From NCBI GenBank assembly GCA_050273025.1, contig CP158636.1, positions 3,286,001-3,350,000 on the forward strand: 64,000 nt of DNA. Direction: 5' to 3'. The notes beneath the pieces were generated by a model. The model was given only the letters and a program-made list of their open reading frames with translations. It was not told where the DNA came from and ran no database searches. This DNA is from Cenococcum geophilum (lineage: Eukaryota). This document shows, piece by piece, positions 52,407-64,000 of the stretch (position 1 is the stretch's first letter; each line of letters starts with the position of its first letter). Both the position numbers and the translations under genes were made by a program.

Positions 52407-52808
52407 TATAGTCTGTTAATACGCGTATTAGGAATAATAATCCTTTAAGTTCTAAATGCTATTATTTAAAGTATTTAATAATTATAAGCAGTTCCTTATT
52501 ATATATCTTATAGTTTAATTTAATAGGGGTAAGTTTTTAAGAAAGAAAAAGGCTACTAGGCGTAGCTCGCTGTTTTTATTATATTGCGATAATACTCCTC
52601 CTAGTGTATAATTAGACAAGTCTATTTTAACGATATATTTAAGGTCTAGATTAAAGTAGGTAAAAATTAAAGCAGTTATAAAATAATATTTTAAGTTATT
52701 AAAAGCTTATACGCATTTAGTAGTCTATTTAAATCTTATATTCTTCCTTATTAAGTTTACTAATAGCTAAATAACCGACTCTTAAAGGGCATATAGCCAA
52801 CTAGTAAG

Positions 52809-55800
52809 TGTAACGGCGCTATCGCACGTTACCTGCCAAATTCTGCCATATTCTGCCGACCTGCAATTAGCCCGCCTAAAGCTAGCGCCTTAGCGGCTTA
52901 CCCTATATATTTGTTTACATCGGTCCTAGCAACCCCTTTTCCTTCTCTTTAGCTTAGTATCTTCGTAATACAGTATTCTATAAGCTTTGGTTCAGAGGCA
53001 TTTATACAAGCCGTAACATTATACTAAGCTCTCCCTACCTTGCCTGGGAAGGCCTTAATAATATCCCACCTTAAAGAAACTTCGTCTGTAACGACGTATT
53101 GACGCGCTATACTTAGACACCAAAACAACCCTACATTACCTAGGAAGGCCTAGATAATATCCCACCTTATAAGCTAGATAGGACTAAACCTATACCCCTG
53201 GAATTAAAACTAAAGCGTATAATACCAACGAACCTTAGGAAGCCAATAATGGTACCTAAAGTAAGCTCATCTAAGAGAGCTGCCTCTACCCGAGAGGAAC
53301 CTGAGATCCAATTAGGATTAGAAATTAAAGATAATAATAATATTATAGACATACGCGAGCAGATTCGCGCCCTTATAGTTAGCTAGAAAGCTAATTGTCT
53401 TAAAGCGAGAAATATACAAGAGACCCTACAAGAGATCCTAGAAAGCCTTACGGCCCTACAAAATAGCCCGGCTTCCCCTTCTTAAAGCCCTAGTCGACCT
53501 ATTTACTCTACTAAATGCAATACACCAGGGAGTACGGATATAATAACGAAGTAATTAAAGTCTGTCAAGCTCCCTAACCCCCTACCACTATCTAACGGGA
53601 TAGACCCTACCTTTAAGAATTGGAGAATTTAAGTACAAGAAAAGCTCCGCGTTAACCACAACTATTTCCTTTCTAAAGAAGCCAAAATGCTCTACCTCTT
53701 TAGTTAAACCACTAGGGACGCCCAACGGCACCTTCAAGCCAAGTTTAAGGACGACTCCCCTGTCTAATTTATATCTATTAATAAGATAATACAGCACCTA
53801 GCGGCTATCTATATTAACCTAAATAAAGTACAGGATACCCATTATAACTATAATCACCTAATAATAAAACTAAACCAACCCTTTACCGAATTCCAGACTT
53901 AATTCCTATACCTTATAGGAGAAAACCAGGTTCCCCTTAAGAACTACTAATTAGACCTATACAATAAGCTAACAATCCGGCTATAAGAAAAGATCGCTAT
54001 AACCTTAAATAACCTACCAACCCACAAAAAACTCATAGCTTGTTGCCTATTATTAGACTTAGAACTAAAGCGGATCAACGCCCGCCCTAATTGGCAGAAG
54101 CGACTCTATAATAATCGGAACTCGCCAGCTACACCTATAGGAGCTAGAGCAGGAAAACAAGTTATAACTGCTCTTATACTAAAGGCGGTTACAACTACGC
54201 ACTAATAAGCCTCGCCCAACCAGCTACGTACCACGCTATTAACTAGTATTTGCCGTAATACTCCAATCAACCCTACCTCGGCTATATACTTCAACTATAA
54301 TAAGTAAGGTCACTTTGCCTCATCCTACCCAGAGCTAAAGGATATAGGCGATATTAAGGAGATAAAGGAAGAAGAAACGTCCAATAAGTTAGAAAAAGAA
54401 GAACCCTAGGGAAAGACTCCCCCCTAGGGTACCCTATCAATCTTAAAGAGATTAATCTTAGTCAGTTAATAGGTGGAAAGCATTTCACGGTTCTATATAC
54501 AGTATCTCAAAATAGATATAGAGTTAATACAACCGCCCTTATTAACACTAGAGCAAATAGCTTCGCCTTTATAAATACTACCTATACAAATAATATTGCT
54601 AAGTTTCTAAATGCAGAAGCCATCCAACTAGAGAAGCCTATCTAGGTAAAGGGCTATAACGGCCAAGCCAGTTGGCCTATTACCCACGTCTTAAAGTTAT
54701 ATATCGCTCTTAACGGACGACGCTAATACGGTATCCCCTTTTGCATCCTAGACCTAGGGTCCCATAATATAATCCTCAGACAAAAATAGATATCCTATTT
54801 TAATATTTGGTTAAATATACAAAAAAGACGGTTTGTCTAGCCGGAGGATAAACCAAGGTTGCCCTCCTTTATTAGGGAGATCTAAATTAACCGCAAGACA
54901 CTAACCGCAAGGGCTAACCCTACCTACTAGCAGAATATCCGGGCCCGTAACCTAGCCTTTACCCAAGAGGACGCCTACCGCGAAGCTAGAAAAAACTCCG
55001 TACTAACAAAGATACTCTCCCAAAGCGTTATATTTAAAGAGGACTCTATATACGGAAGCGGGACAGATAATAACGTAGATAATATCCAAATCGCATAGAT
55101 CTAACCGTTATGGAAAAGAACGTATTAATAGGATATAAGGGATAACCTCTAAAAGATATAATAGGAGCTAAAAGGAGTAACAATAACGCCAGTACCCTGG
55201 AAGTCCCTAAAGTTATATACGCCCCTATTATTAGTCAACCCCCCTACCATAAACATCGCCGCAATTAGCGCTATAGTGTTTTACTTCAATATATACTAGA
55301 AGGACAATAAGGTCTTTATAATAAGCCTATATAAAATTAACCGAATTATTAATAATAGAGAGGAAAGGCCAGATAAGGAAACCGATAAGGAACTAGTTAA
55401 ACGCCTCCTTCCTACCATTTATATAGGCTACAAGGATACATTCTTAAAGGCGGCCTTAGATAAGTTATCCCCCTACCAGATATACAATCACAAGATTTAA
55501 TTAAAGGCCCATAACTCGCTAGGCTATAGCCCCCTCTACTATTAATTAACGGATAAGCTAAAAGCAATAAAGCAGTACTTAATTAATAACCTGGATAAAG
55601 GGTTTATCGAGCCAAGTTAAGCCCCTTTTACTTCCCCTATCCTATTTATAAAAAAGCCTAATAAAGGCCTTCGTTTTTATATCAACTATTAAAAGCTAAA
55701 TACTATTACTTAAAAGGACCGGTATCCTATTCCTTTAATTAACGAGACCCTTATACGTCTAAGCCAGGCAAAGATCTTTACCAAACTTAATATCCGCCAA

Positions 55801-58800
55801 GCTTTCTACTAAATTAGGATAGACCCTATATCTAAAGATTTAACAATATTCCATACCCGCTATAGTTCCTATAAATATAAAGTTCTTCCTTTTAGACTAA
55901 TAAACGGACCGGCTACGTACCAAAGGTATATAAATAACGTTCTTTTTAATTACCTCAACAAATTCTACACGGCATACCTAAACAACATTCTCATATACTT
56001 AGACGACGAACTTAAGCATTAAGTTTATATTAAGAAGGTCCTAAAGAGACTACGGAACGCGGGCTTATAAGTCAATATTAAGAAATGCGAGTTTAGGGTA
56101 AAACGTACAAAATACCTTAGGTTTATCGTAACTACGGAAGGAATTAAGGTCAACCCTAAGAAAGTAGAGGCAATCCATAACTAAAAGCCCCCTTATACAG
56201 TAAAAGGAATCCAGTCCTTCCTTAGTTTTTATAATTTCTACCGCCAGTTTATCCGTAACTACAGAATTATAGCAAAACCTCTTATACGACTAACCAGGAA
56301 GGACACGCCTTTCGTCTTTAACAATAACTATATGAAGGCCTTTAAAGAGGTAAAGGATCGGCTTATCTCTTTCTTAATCCTTTATTACTATAACCCGGAC
56401 CTTAAATCAATGCTAGAAACAGACGCCTCTAATAGGGTCATAGCGGGAATCCTATCACAGTTACATCTAGACGGTAAATAGTACCCTATAGCTTTCTTCT
56501 TAAAGACAATAGACCCGGCTAAGTATAACTATAAAGTACACAACAAAGAAATGCTAGCTATTATTTAATCACTCTCCTAATAGCGCGTAGAGCTTAAAGG
56601 TATAAACTCCCGGATTAAGATATATATAGATCACAAAGCCCTAAAGTACTTTATAACTATAAAGCAGCTTATAGGGCGATAAGCCTAATAGGCTAAAATA
56701 CTCTCCTAATTCTTCTTTACGATTATATATCGTTCTAGCAAGCAAAACTCTAAGGCTAATACCCTAACCCGAAGAGAACAAGACGTAGGACCCTAGAATA
56801 AGCTAAAAACCCAATATCAGACGCGCGCCCTTTTCTATCCAGAACAGCTTAACCTACGGATCCTTAAAAAGCTAGACTCCTAGTAAAATAAGCTAGCACT
56901 AATAGAGGAGTCCTTAGATAAGCTAATAGGGCTAATTAACCACCTCCTAACTATAAACCGCACGGCTAACGCCCTAAGGGCCCTCTGTAAATAAGCCGCG
57001 AAAGGAAACCCTAATTTTAAGACGGAGGAAGGATTACTCCTATACCAGGAGCGGCTTATAGTCCCTAACGTTAATAATCTACGGACCAAACTAATCCGCA
57101 AAGCTTATTGCCAAGTCTCTACGGCACACCCTGGTAAGAACAAAACCCATAAAATCATTAACTGCCGCTACTACTAGCTAAGAATGGTTACGGATATTAA
57201 TTAATATATACGGAACTACAAAGACTGCTAGAGAGCTACAATCCCACGGGATAAGACCCCAGGACTACTTAAGCCACTCCCAATACCAGAGCACCCTTAG
57301 CAATATATCTCTATAGACTTCTATAAACTACCTAGGGACCGTGACGGATATGATATAGTTATAGTTATAGTTAACCGCTTTGGTAAACGCCTGTTCTTAA
57401 TTCCATATCACAAGAACATTAATGCCAAAGAGGCAGCCCGGCTATATATCCATTACGTCTACCAAATCTACGGACTACTAAATACTATTATATCCAATTA
57501 TAGGCCGCAGTTTATATCAGCCTTCTAGAATAAGTTTACCCAGATCCTAGGCATTAAGCTAAAGCTTTTTATAGCTTATTACCCCTAAACAGACGGTTAG
57601 ACAGAGATTGTAAATTAGTACCTAGACTAGAGGCTTAGGCCCTTCGTTAACTATTTCCAGGACAACTGGTCTAAACTACTACCCTTAATAGACTACGCGC
57701 AAGCAACCCTACCCCATAACTCTACAGGGTTTGCCCTAATTTAGCTAGAAATAAAATACTTACCCCGCATAAGCTTTAACTGGAAAAGGCTAGAAGAACC
57801 CCAGACTATACAAGAGAAGCTATCCTATGCTAAGGCCTAACAGTACGCCAAACGATTGGAGGAGGCCTGGATGGTAGCCCGCGAGAACCTGGAAAAAGCT
57901 TAAAGGTTAATAGAACAGTAGGCGAATAAACATTGTTAAGAGCCCAATTTTGCCCCTAGCGATATGGTCTAGGTTATAACAAGGAATTAGAGGACTAAAT
58001 GATCTAGCTATAAGCTGGACTACTAGATAGCAGGACCGTATAAGGTTCTTAAAAAGATAGGCAATTTATATAAGATAAAGCTCCCAGACTTAATTAGGGT
58101 TCACCCTATCTTCTTACTAGATAAGTTATAGAAAGCTATAAACGACCTATTACCTAAACAAAAGAACAAGCCTCCCCTACCAGTTTAAGTAAACGGTAAC
58201 AATAAATAGGAGGTTAACGAAATGCTGGCCTGCAAGATAGTACGGGGAGCGCTAAAATACCGTGTCTAATAGAAGGGCTACGATCCTAACCCAACCTGGT
58301 ACCCTACGTAGAACTTTATAGGCTGCCCCCAGAAGCTTAAAGAATTCTACAACTAATACCCTAATGCGCCTGGACCCCTAAAGTACCTAGACGAATAGAT
58401 GGAATGCTAGTATAATAAAGACGATAAGTTACCGGAAGAATATAGGGATAAAAACGCCCCAAAGCCCTAATACAGCTGTCTGCCAAATTCTACTATATTC
58501 TGCCGTTTTCTGCCAGTACCGTAAAATTTTAGATATCTAGAAACTTTAACCGCCGGTTAAAGTTGTCTGATTAGTCAGATCCGTGCCAAGACTTTTAGCG
58601 GCTACTCTTTCTGGCCTAGTGCTTCCACTTAGCCCATAATCGCCCTTTATACTTAGTCAGGACGGACTCGTATCCCCTTTTATCTCCTTATCTTATATTT
58701 TTATAATCCTACGTTTATAAGCCTAGTGCTACCCTATTTTTTCTAACTAAGCCTAAGGGCAGGCTTTCTTTCAAAGAGGGGGGTAATGTAACGGCGCTAT

Positions 58801-58996
58801 CGCACATTACCTGCCAAATTCTGCCATATTCTGCCGACCTGTGATTAGCCCGCCTAAAGCTAGCGCCTTAGCGGCTCACCCTATATATTTGTTTACATCG
58901 GTCCTGGCGACCCCTTTTCCTTCTCTTTAGCTTAGTATCTTCGTAATACAGCATTCTACAAGCTTTGGTTCAGAGGCATTTGTATAAGCCGTAACA
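52809..58996 (+). mobile_element. Ty3/Gypsy chromodomain retrotransposon A, copy 2 (full length 6188 bp, RIP-inactivated)
   Basis: 210-bp LTRs 52809-53018 and 58787-58996; TSD GTAAG (52804-52808 / 58997-59001); PPT AAAGAGGGGGGTAA; gag ~53249-54409 with CFNCxxxGHFASSC; protease ALIDTGANG ~54535; YLDD (now YLNN) 55975-55986; ETDAS ~56417; integrase ~57050-57950; chromodomain ~58200-58350. Confidence 0.97.
53021..53030 (+). promoter_or_regulatory. Putative self-priming primer binding site of family A
   Basis: ATACTAAGCT is the exact reverse complement of LTR AGCTTAGTAT (52951-52960), about 45 bp downstream of TATATA. Confidence 0.65.
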
Positions 58997-61900
58997 GTAA
59001 GAACAGGGGAGGAACTGGAGATAATAACAGATTTAGATATAAAAGCGCTAGTAAAAACACAAGATATGGGAATAGAAAGCTCTATACAAAATGAGTAGTA
59101 ACTAGGGTGTAGATATAAGAGATAGAAGTTCTAAATATCCTAGAGAAAGTGGAAATAGAAGAAGCGAGGAATAATAAAGAGGCGAAGGACCCTCGCTGGG
59201 GGTCCGCCACCTATCCATTATATAGTATAACTATAGCAACATAAACTACCGTCCTATAAGGCCCTTACTAAACAGTCTAGACCTAGAGAAACACTATATC
59301 CTTATTATATAAGAGCCGTACTATAATACCTACACACAATTAATATACTGCCCCTAAGGAATCCAGCTCCTATATAAACCGAAAGCAGCTATACGCGTGT
59401 ACTTTATAATTAGCAAGGCTATTAGCCTGTCCTTATAGTTATAACAGGCAGTTAATCTAAATATTATAGTTGTAATAATCCAGATATATAGGTGTCTGAT
59501 ATAAATTATTAATATATATAACCTTAGGGTTAAAGGTGTCCTATAAACGGAGAATATTATATTAATAATAAGCTTACTTAAAACTAAAGGTATAAAGTCT
59601 ATCCTATTAGAAAACATAAACCTCTACCACCCGTAGTAGGGGGGTATCTACGTCGCTGCTAAACAATAGGTAGAGTGCCTATTAAAAGCTATAGACACCT
59701 AGGGCCTTAAGCTGGCTACCCCCCTTAAAGTAATTATATGGCAATAAGGATCCACTAAAAGTATAATTAACCTTATATTTATAGACGAAGGCCTATACTA
59801 GAGACTTAAAAGGTATAACCCTAACGAAGAATAAGCACTTACTTTAAACCATATCCCTATCTAAATATAGCTAGATTTAGACATTAAGGCGTAATTAAAT
59901 AGTAAAAGATACGTAATAAGGATGCTTAAGGCAGATAGTTTCCTTAATATAGTTAAATAATAACTTTAAGACCTAGAAGAAATCTACCCGATACTAAATA
60001 AGTAAGGCTTATTAGCCACCCCTAAGGAAATTAACTAAAGACTAGAAAGGATCTAGGCAGCAATTAAAAATAGGCTAGAAGAGTACTGCCCGGTCTTAAA
60101 ACTAGGCCCCTATACGCGATATATATAGTCCATATAATGCGCGGTTCTTATAATTAGCTAATAGTAAGTAAAAAGGAAATATATAAGTAGCTATAACCCT
60201 AAAGATAAGAGATAATATAAAGATATAAGAAACTAGTTAAAGAATACCCTAAAAAAAGAAGTAAGGAATAACTGGAGACGGTTTATAAATAAGTATACTT
60301 TTAACCTGAGCCTCCCCTATAATAAGGGCCTATAGGCTATAGTAAAATAGGTAAAGAAAAAGGTAGGGTAATTAGTAGAAGACTTATACCTACTACCCCT
60401 ATAAAGAGTAGGGGAATTATAGGCCACTAATAACAATAATAAGAAGGTAAAGATCCTTATAGAAAGGTTCTTCCCCTAACCGGCTCTAGTAGACCTTAGT
60501 AATATTATAGGTAAAATACCGGTAACTCGCCTACGGGTTAACAGCAATATAATAATAGAGGAAATAGCTAGAACTATTAGCCGCCTTTTAAATAATATAG
60601 CACTAGGACTAGATAGGATTTTAAATAAGACCTTAAAGACCTATAGACCACTTATAGCACCCTAGCTTATAGATATAGCTAGAGCATACTTTGCTATAGG
60701 CTACTACTCATAACTCGGAAGATTTATAACGATGGTTATTTTATAAAAAGAAGGTAAAGTAGATTACTTAATCCCAGAAAGCTACCGCCCTATTGCTTTA
60801 AAAAATACCCTTAGTAAGATCTTAAAAAAGGTAATAGCAGACTATATAGTAGATACGGCTAAGGAACACGCCTTACTACTATAGAGCTAAATAAGGGTAA
60901 GAAAGAACCGCTTAACACTATTAGCACTTATACTACTTACTACCACTATTAAATCTATATAGGCAATGCGAAGGGACTTTGTAGTATTAATGCTTAGTCT
61001 AAATATTAGTAGCGCCTATAATAACGTACCCTATAAGCGTCTTCTATATATCCTTAAGGTAAAAGGCTTCCTAGAATAGATTATATAATTTATTTAAGAG
61101 TTTATAGGTTAGAAAGAAATATTACTAATCTTTAGCGGATACTAGAGCCCCCCTATTACAGTTATAATAGAAATACTATAAGGATTACCCCTCTTGCCTA
61201 TACTCTTCCTTTTCTTTATAAGCAACCTACTTAACTCCTTTAAGGAAGGGGCGACCTAGGGAATAGGCTTTATTAATAATATAAACCTAATTATATATAG
61301 GCTAACAGCCGTAAAGAATTGTAGAATACTAAAGAAAGTTTATAATACCTATATAGAATAGGTAAGATAATATAAAGTTTAATTCTTACTAGAGAAATAC
61401 CAGCTAATCTATTTTATAAGAAAACGCAACTAATTTATAAATCTCTAGCATATAATTCGTATTTAAGGCTTTAGGGGTTAACTAGTTTAGGGCTTAAGGG
61501 CATTAGGAGTATAGGTAGATAGTAAGCTCTAGTAGAGCGTATATGCGGTATAAGCGGCCTATAAGGGCTAAATATAGTATATCGTATTATCTAGGATCGT
61601 TAATTCTATATAGGGTCTATGCTTTTAGAGGTTACGCCTACTATATATAGCAGTTGTCTGGCTAACTATAACGTATAGGTCTAGTATTTAGGCCATTAGA
61701 GAATCTAAGAAAGGCCCCCCTAAGTTACTCCTTAAACTACTTTAAAAGGTCTAAACAGCCTGTCTCTAAAGTATAATAGGTGGATATAAGCGAACGGCTA
61801 CAGCACTGCTTAAGAAGGAAGCTAATATTACCCCCCTATAACTATATATTAAAGCCGCTGTAATATAAAGGGCGTAAAATAAACGTAACTCTAATATTAT

Positions 61901-64000
61901 AAAGTATATTAAGATATGCCTAAATAAACTATAGAGGGATTTTAGGGCGCCCTATAGGAGAATAAACTAATAACCCTAAAGTAGGGAAGATATATTAGAG
62001 AAATAGGTAAAGAAAATAGAAGAAGAATAGTGCTGCTTTAGGGCCTAGGCCTATATAAAGGAAAAAGGGAGATACGTAAGAGGCTAGTAAAGATAATAGT
62101 AAGAAAGAGAAAGGAGCTAAAGTAGAGCATAAAAGAACGCTAGGAAACTATCTACCGTAATATAATACTAGTTGGACTAACGCTAAAAAGGCGTATAGGA
62201 GTTAAAGGTATAGAGGCTAACTAAGGCAAGAGGAACCTAAGCCGTAGTATAGTTAACGCTATAGGGGGTAAATACTCTAGGGCTCCGAGAAGGCCTAATA
62301 AAGGCAGAAAATATAATAGTAATACTCTTAAGAATAGGAATAATAGGACTAAAAGACTGGCTCTACTAGGTGGGTATCCTAGTAAGTAGCCTAAGATGCG
62401 AATATAGCTAGCTAAGACAGATACTAAAATATATAATACTATTATGCCCCTTATACACTAACTAAAAAGTAATACTCTTAGTAGCTAGCATAGAGAACTA
62501 TAATATACTACTCTTAATATAAAAAGGCCTTAAGGTAGTTACCTAGTAGCTTATTAGCTAAAATATACTAAACTAGTTTTAAGTTATAAAGGAAATAGTA
62601 ATAAAGGGCAGGGGGGGTAAGTAACGGGCGCCCCCTAATAACTCTATAGTAGTAAAGTAAAGTTTATAATACTAGCGCGTCTATAGGCTTATTATAGTAG
62701 CAGTAGTTCCTAAGAAGGTTAAAAAGTAAGGTAGTAAAAGCACTACAGGTAACTTATAGGCGCCTTATAGGCGCCTTATAGGCGAGTCCTAAAAGGTAGG
62801 AAGATAGATTATAGGGTTTTCTTAAATAGAGTTTTCTCCCTATATATATATAAGGAGTAGTCCGCGTGGGCCTAATAGGGATCCAAATTAGACGTTAAGC
62901 AATGAATTATTATTATTAATAGCTAAATAATTTTTAAGAAGTAATTAATAAATTAATAGTAGAAATTTGCAAATCCTAAAAATCCTTAGATATTTTATAT
63001 ATTACTAGGACTTTTTTAGTTTATAATTATAGCGATTTTCTTAGGGTCTATTTTTAATTCTGTTGCGGGATATAATTAGGCCTAAGTATATAACTTCAGA
63101 TGTATAGAACTTGCATTTCTTAATATCGCATTATAAGCCCGCGTCTTATAGGCGTTTAAGGACTATTTAAATATGCTTCCAATATTTAAAAAGCGAAAAT
63201 AAATAAATAAATATATTAAGGAATTCGCGAAACGTATTGTTAATATATTACTAAAACGTATTAGGACCGTTTTTATACTAAATAGCATTATTAGGTATTT
63301 GAAAAGTCCCTATTATATATAAAAGGCCGTATACTTCTTATCTCCTTCGCGAATACGGATTTAATTAAAGGTAGTAACTACGTTAAGCTTTATAAAGTAT
63401 TATGCTTTTACTAAGTAGTTAAGTATTTCTTAAAGTAGAGGAATTAGATATCTGTTTTAAATTATAAGTATATTTAGGGCTTAATAATTAATATAGAACC
63501 TTAAGCCTCCTTTAAGTTTCTTAATAAATAGTATAAGGAAAGTAAATAGTAATTAATTAGGGCAAATAAATCCTTTCTCTAGGTGTTCTTTAAGGTATTA
63601 TTGCATTACTAGCAGCTCTTTTCGCGATATACTGTATAACGGGCCAAACTTTAGCGTTATACTAGGTTTAAGTTCTATCTTAAAATCGTGCTTATCTTAA
63701 TATAGGGGTAGTTAGTTTATAAATTGTTTCTTAAACGTATTAATTAGATTATAATATTCTTTAGGTATAAAAGGTTAGGGGTTAATATATTGCTTTAGTT
63801 TTAACGCCTTCTTAATATCTTCTAGTATTATAGTAAAGATCTTATAGTCTTGTTTTCTTACTAATAAATAAAAGGGTGCGGCTTATACTATACGAATTTT
63901 AAGGGGCTTTAATATATTATCTTCGCATTCTTTACCGCAATCGGCAGTCGTAACTTTATTATATTAGTTTAAAGTTTATAGTAAGGGCAATTTATATTAT

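Larger units (their letters stand above)
52775..62916 (+). mobile_element. Tad1-like LINE, 5'-truncated (~3.9 kb net), interrupted by Gypsy A2
   Basis: 14-bp TSD TAATAGCTAAATAA (52761-52774 / 62917-62930); (ATT)n tail ~62905-62916. De-RIPed ORF2: APE endonuclease QYNC..QEPY ~59220-59325; RT APGxDGI, YRPIAL, SLDISGAYD, GIPQGSPLSPILF, FxDD 60600-61280; C-terminal CxC..HxxxxCP ~62400-62450. Confidence 0.93.
49816..64000 (-). mobile_element. Ty3/Gypsy chromodomain retrotransposon H (3' part; continues beyond the window)
   Basis: Putative 3' LTR 49816-50119 followed by PPT rc GTACTCCCCCTTTT; chromodomain ~50720-50560; integrase ~51800-50900; RNase H 52760-52200; RT resumes 62931-64000 (FLGFANFY, LRFCIDYRALN, KGFIRPS after de-RIP). 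Confidence 0.88.

Noticed and set aside
7624..59617. Remaining short track ORFs (7624, 16834, 36363, 37326, 39232, 51454, 53167, 56880, 59354)
   Set aside because: All lie antisense to TE pseudogenes or across junctions, with no recognisable domains
1..64000. Starship, Helitron, or host/effector genes
   Set aside because: No tyrosine-recombinase, Rep/helicase or GC-equilibrated gene island was seen; nearly all sequence is accounted for by the listed elements

Overview
The window is AT-rich, gene-free heterochromatin from a filamentous ascomycete (Pezizomycotina, inferred). It consists almost entirely of nested transposable elements degraded by Repeat-Induced Point mutation (RIP: CA->TA / TG->TA, plus CpG/CpT hits). 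I found no intact host gene, and the supplied ORFs are antisense or repeat artefacts. Most elements can be delimited to the base by LTRs/TIRs and target-site duplications (TSDs). Elements found: two Copia (159-12296; 22146-27956); two inverted full-length copies of chromodomain Gypsy family A (1185-7373; 52809-58996); two subfamily copies of an ~8 kb chromodomain Gypsy family D (19010-49663; 37458-45478); three partial Gypsy elements; two hAT transposons (35354-46610; 46877-49398); a 5'-truncated Tad1-like LINE (52775-62916); solo LTRs; two CCCTT..AAGGG MITEs; and a 3.1-kb TIR element made only of tandem-repeat arrays (29044-32128). Nesting reaches four levels. Most notable: (1) a RIP-reconstructable antisense ORF with Zn(II)2Cys6-like spacing in the 3' region of both family D copies; (2) palindromic cis-modules shared by unrelated Copia and Gypsy families, one with a compensatory change; (3) the multi-satellite TIR element; (4) Tf1-type self-priming signals with apparent covariation. 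All protein motifs were read by eye after reverting RIP changes; no database search was run.
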